This document shows positions 63,391-64,000 of a stretch of 64,000 nucleotides of DNA, piece after piece. Under the pieces are notes generated by a model. The model was not told the origin of the DNA. It saw only the letters and a list, made by a program, of their open reading frames with translations, and ran no database searches. This DNA is from Octopus sinensis (Eukaryota), in the NCBI RefSeq assembly GCF_006345805.1, contig NC_043001.1, positions 23,250,001 to 23,314,000 of the forward strand. Reading direction: 5' to 3'. Position 1 is the first letter of the stretch, and every line of letters begins with the position of its first letter. A program made the position numbers and the translations under genes.

Positions 63391-64000
63391 ACATACATTA
63401 TTGAAAATCAAAATCTTTTGCCAAACATCCCTACGACCTAGTCACCAATACCCTACTTTACTGCATCTATTAGAAATCAATTGTTGGCCAGCTTTTAGAA
63501 ATTGTATGGATGTGTATTTCTTTTCTTCCATTTTTCTTATAAACACTAATTCTTTCTGATTTTGTTTGCACACTTTCTTTCATCCTCAACCTCTCTTCCA
63601 CAATTATTATTCATTAGTAATGGTCAACTTTGATCATGCAGACAACTTTACTCAAAGTTATTGTTCTGACCAGCTATAGTATTGATATGGTATTGATTAC
63701 AATATTTTACTTCTACTAAATCTGATACATCTAAAACTATATCACTAACTTTCTGGCTTTAGCTTTCATAACTGATATACACAATATAGAGTTAAAGTAA
63801 ATCATATAAAAGAAAATGGATGTGGCTGTTTGGTAAGAAGTTTGCTTCACAACCACATAGTTCAGGGTTCAATCCCACTGCATGGCACCTTGGGAAAGTG
63901 TCTTCTACTAAAGCCTTAGGCTAACCAAAAAATAGCCCTACTAGGAACAGCCCACATCCTATACAAGACACTATCAATTCAATAATACAACTCAAACAAA

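Noticed and set aside
63480-63620. RMKESVQTKSER, resembling a nuclear receptor T-box
   Set aside because: Preceded by an in-frame stop, no zinc-finger cysteines and no convincing splice sites.

Overview
AT-rich, microsatellite-dense animal genomic DNA. The SINE, RTE and Penelope repertoire points to an octopus (inferred from repeat recognition, no database search). One protein-coding gene is well supported: the 3' half of a very divergent NR2E/NR2F-like nuclear receptor on the minus strand. It has three ligand-binding-domain exons (62112-61898, 61016-60902, 49680-49448) with canonical splice sites, consistent phases and a nearby AATAAA; no DNA-binding-domain exons were found in the window. 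Most of the rest is mobile DNA: three tRNA-derived SINE families, RTE LINE fragments and tails, other LINE remnants, three mariner remnants, piggyBac-, hAT-, Merlin- and Helitron-type non-autonomous elements, a Gypsy integrase relic and several Penelope-like elements (PLEs). The most unusual signal is a cluster of hammerhead-ribozyme (HHR) motifs from several different elements. These are: a ~1.86-kb element whose two near-identical ~710-bp inverted arms each carry an intact-core HHR with a 70-nt branched stem II; a U3-A8 HHR downstream of a CRE/CCAAT/TATA promoter array of a young PLE inside the receptor intron; a tRNA-headed SINE carrying a decayed HHR; a short HHR element present twice; and a possible hammerhead with its three strands in non-canonical order. 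Weak splice-signal evidence suggests further genes (plus strand from ~109; minus strand near 22-22.8 kb; a plus-strand host gene over 37.5-64 kb that would contain the receptor antisense). Repeat boundaries are approximate (about +/-20 bp) unless a TSD or TIR is quoted.
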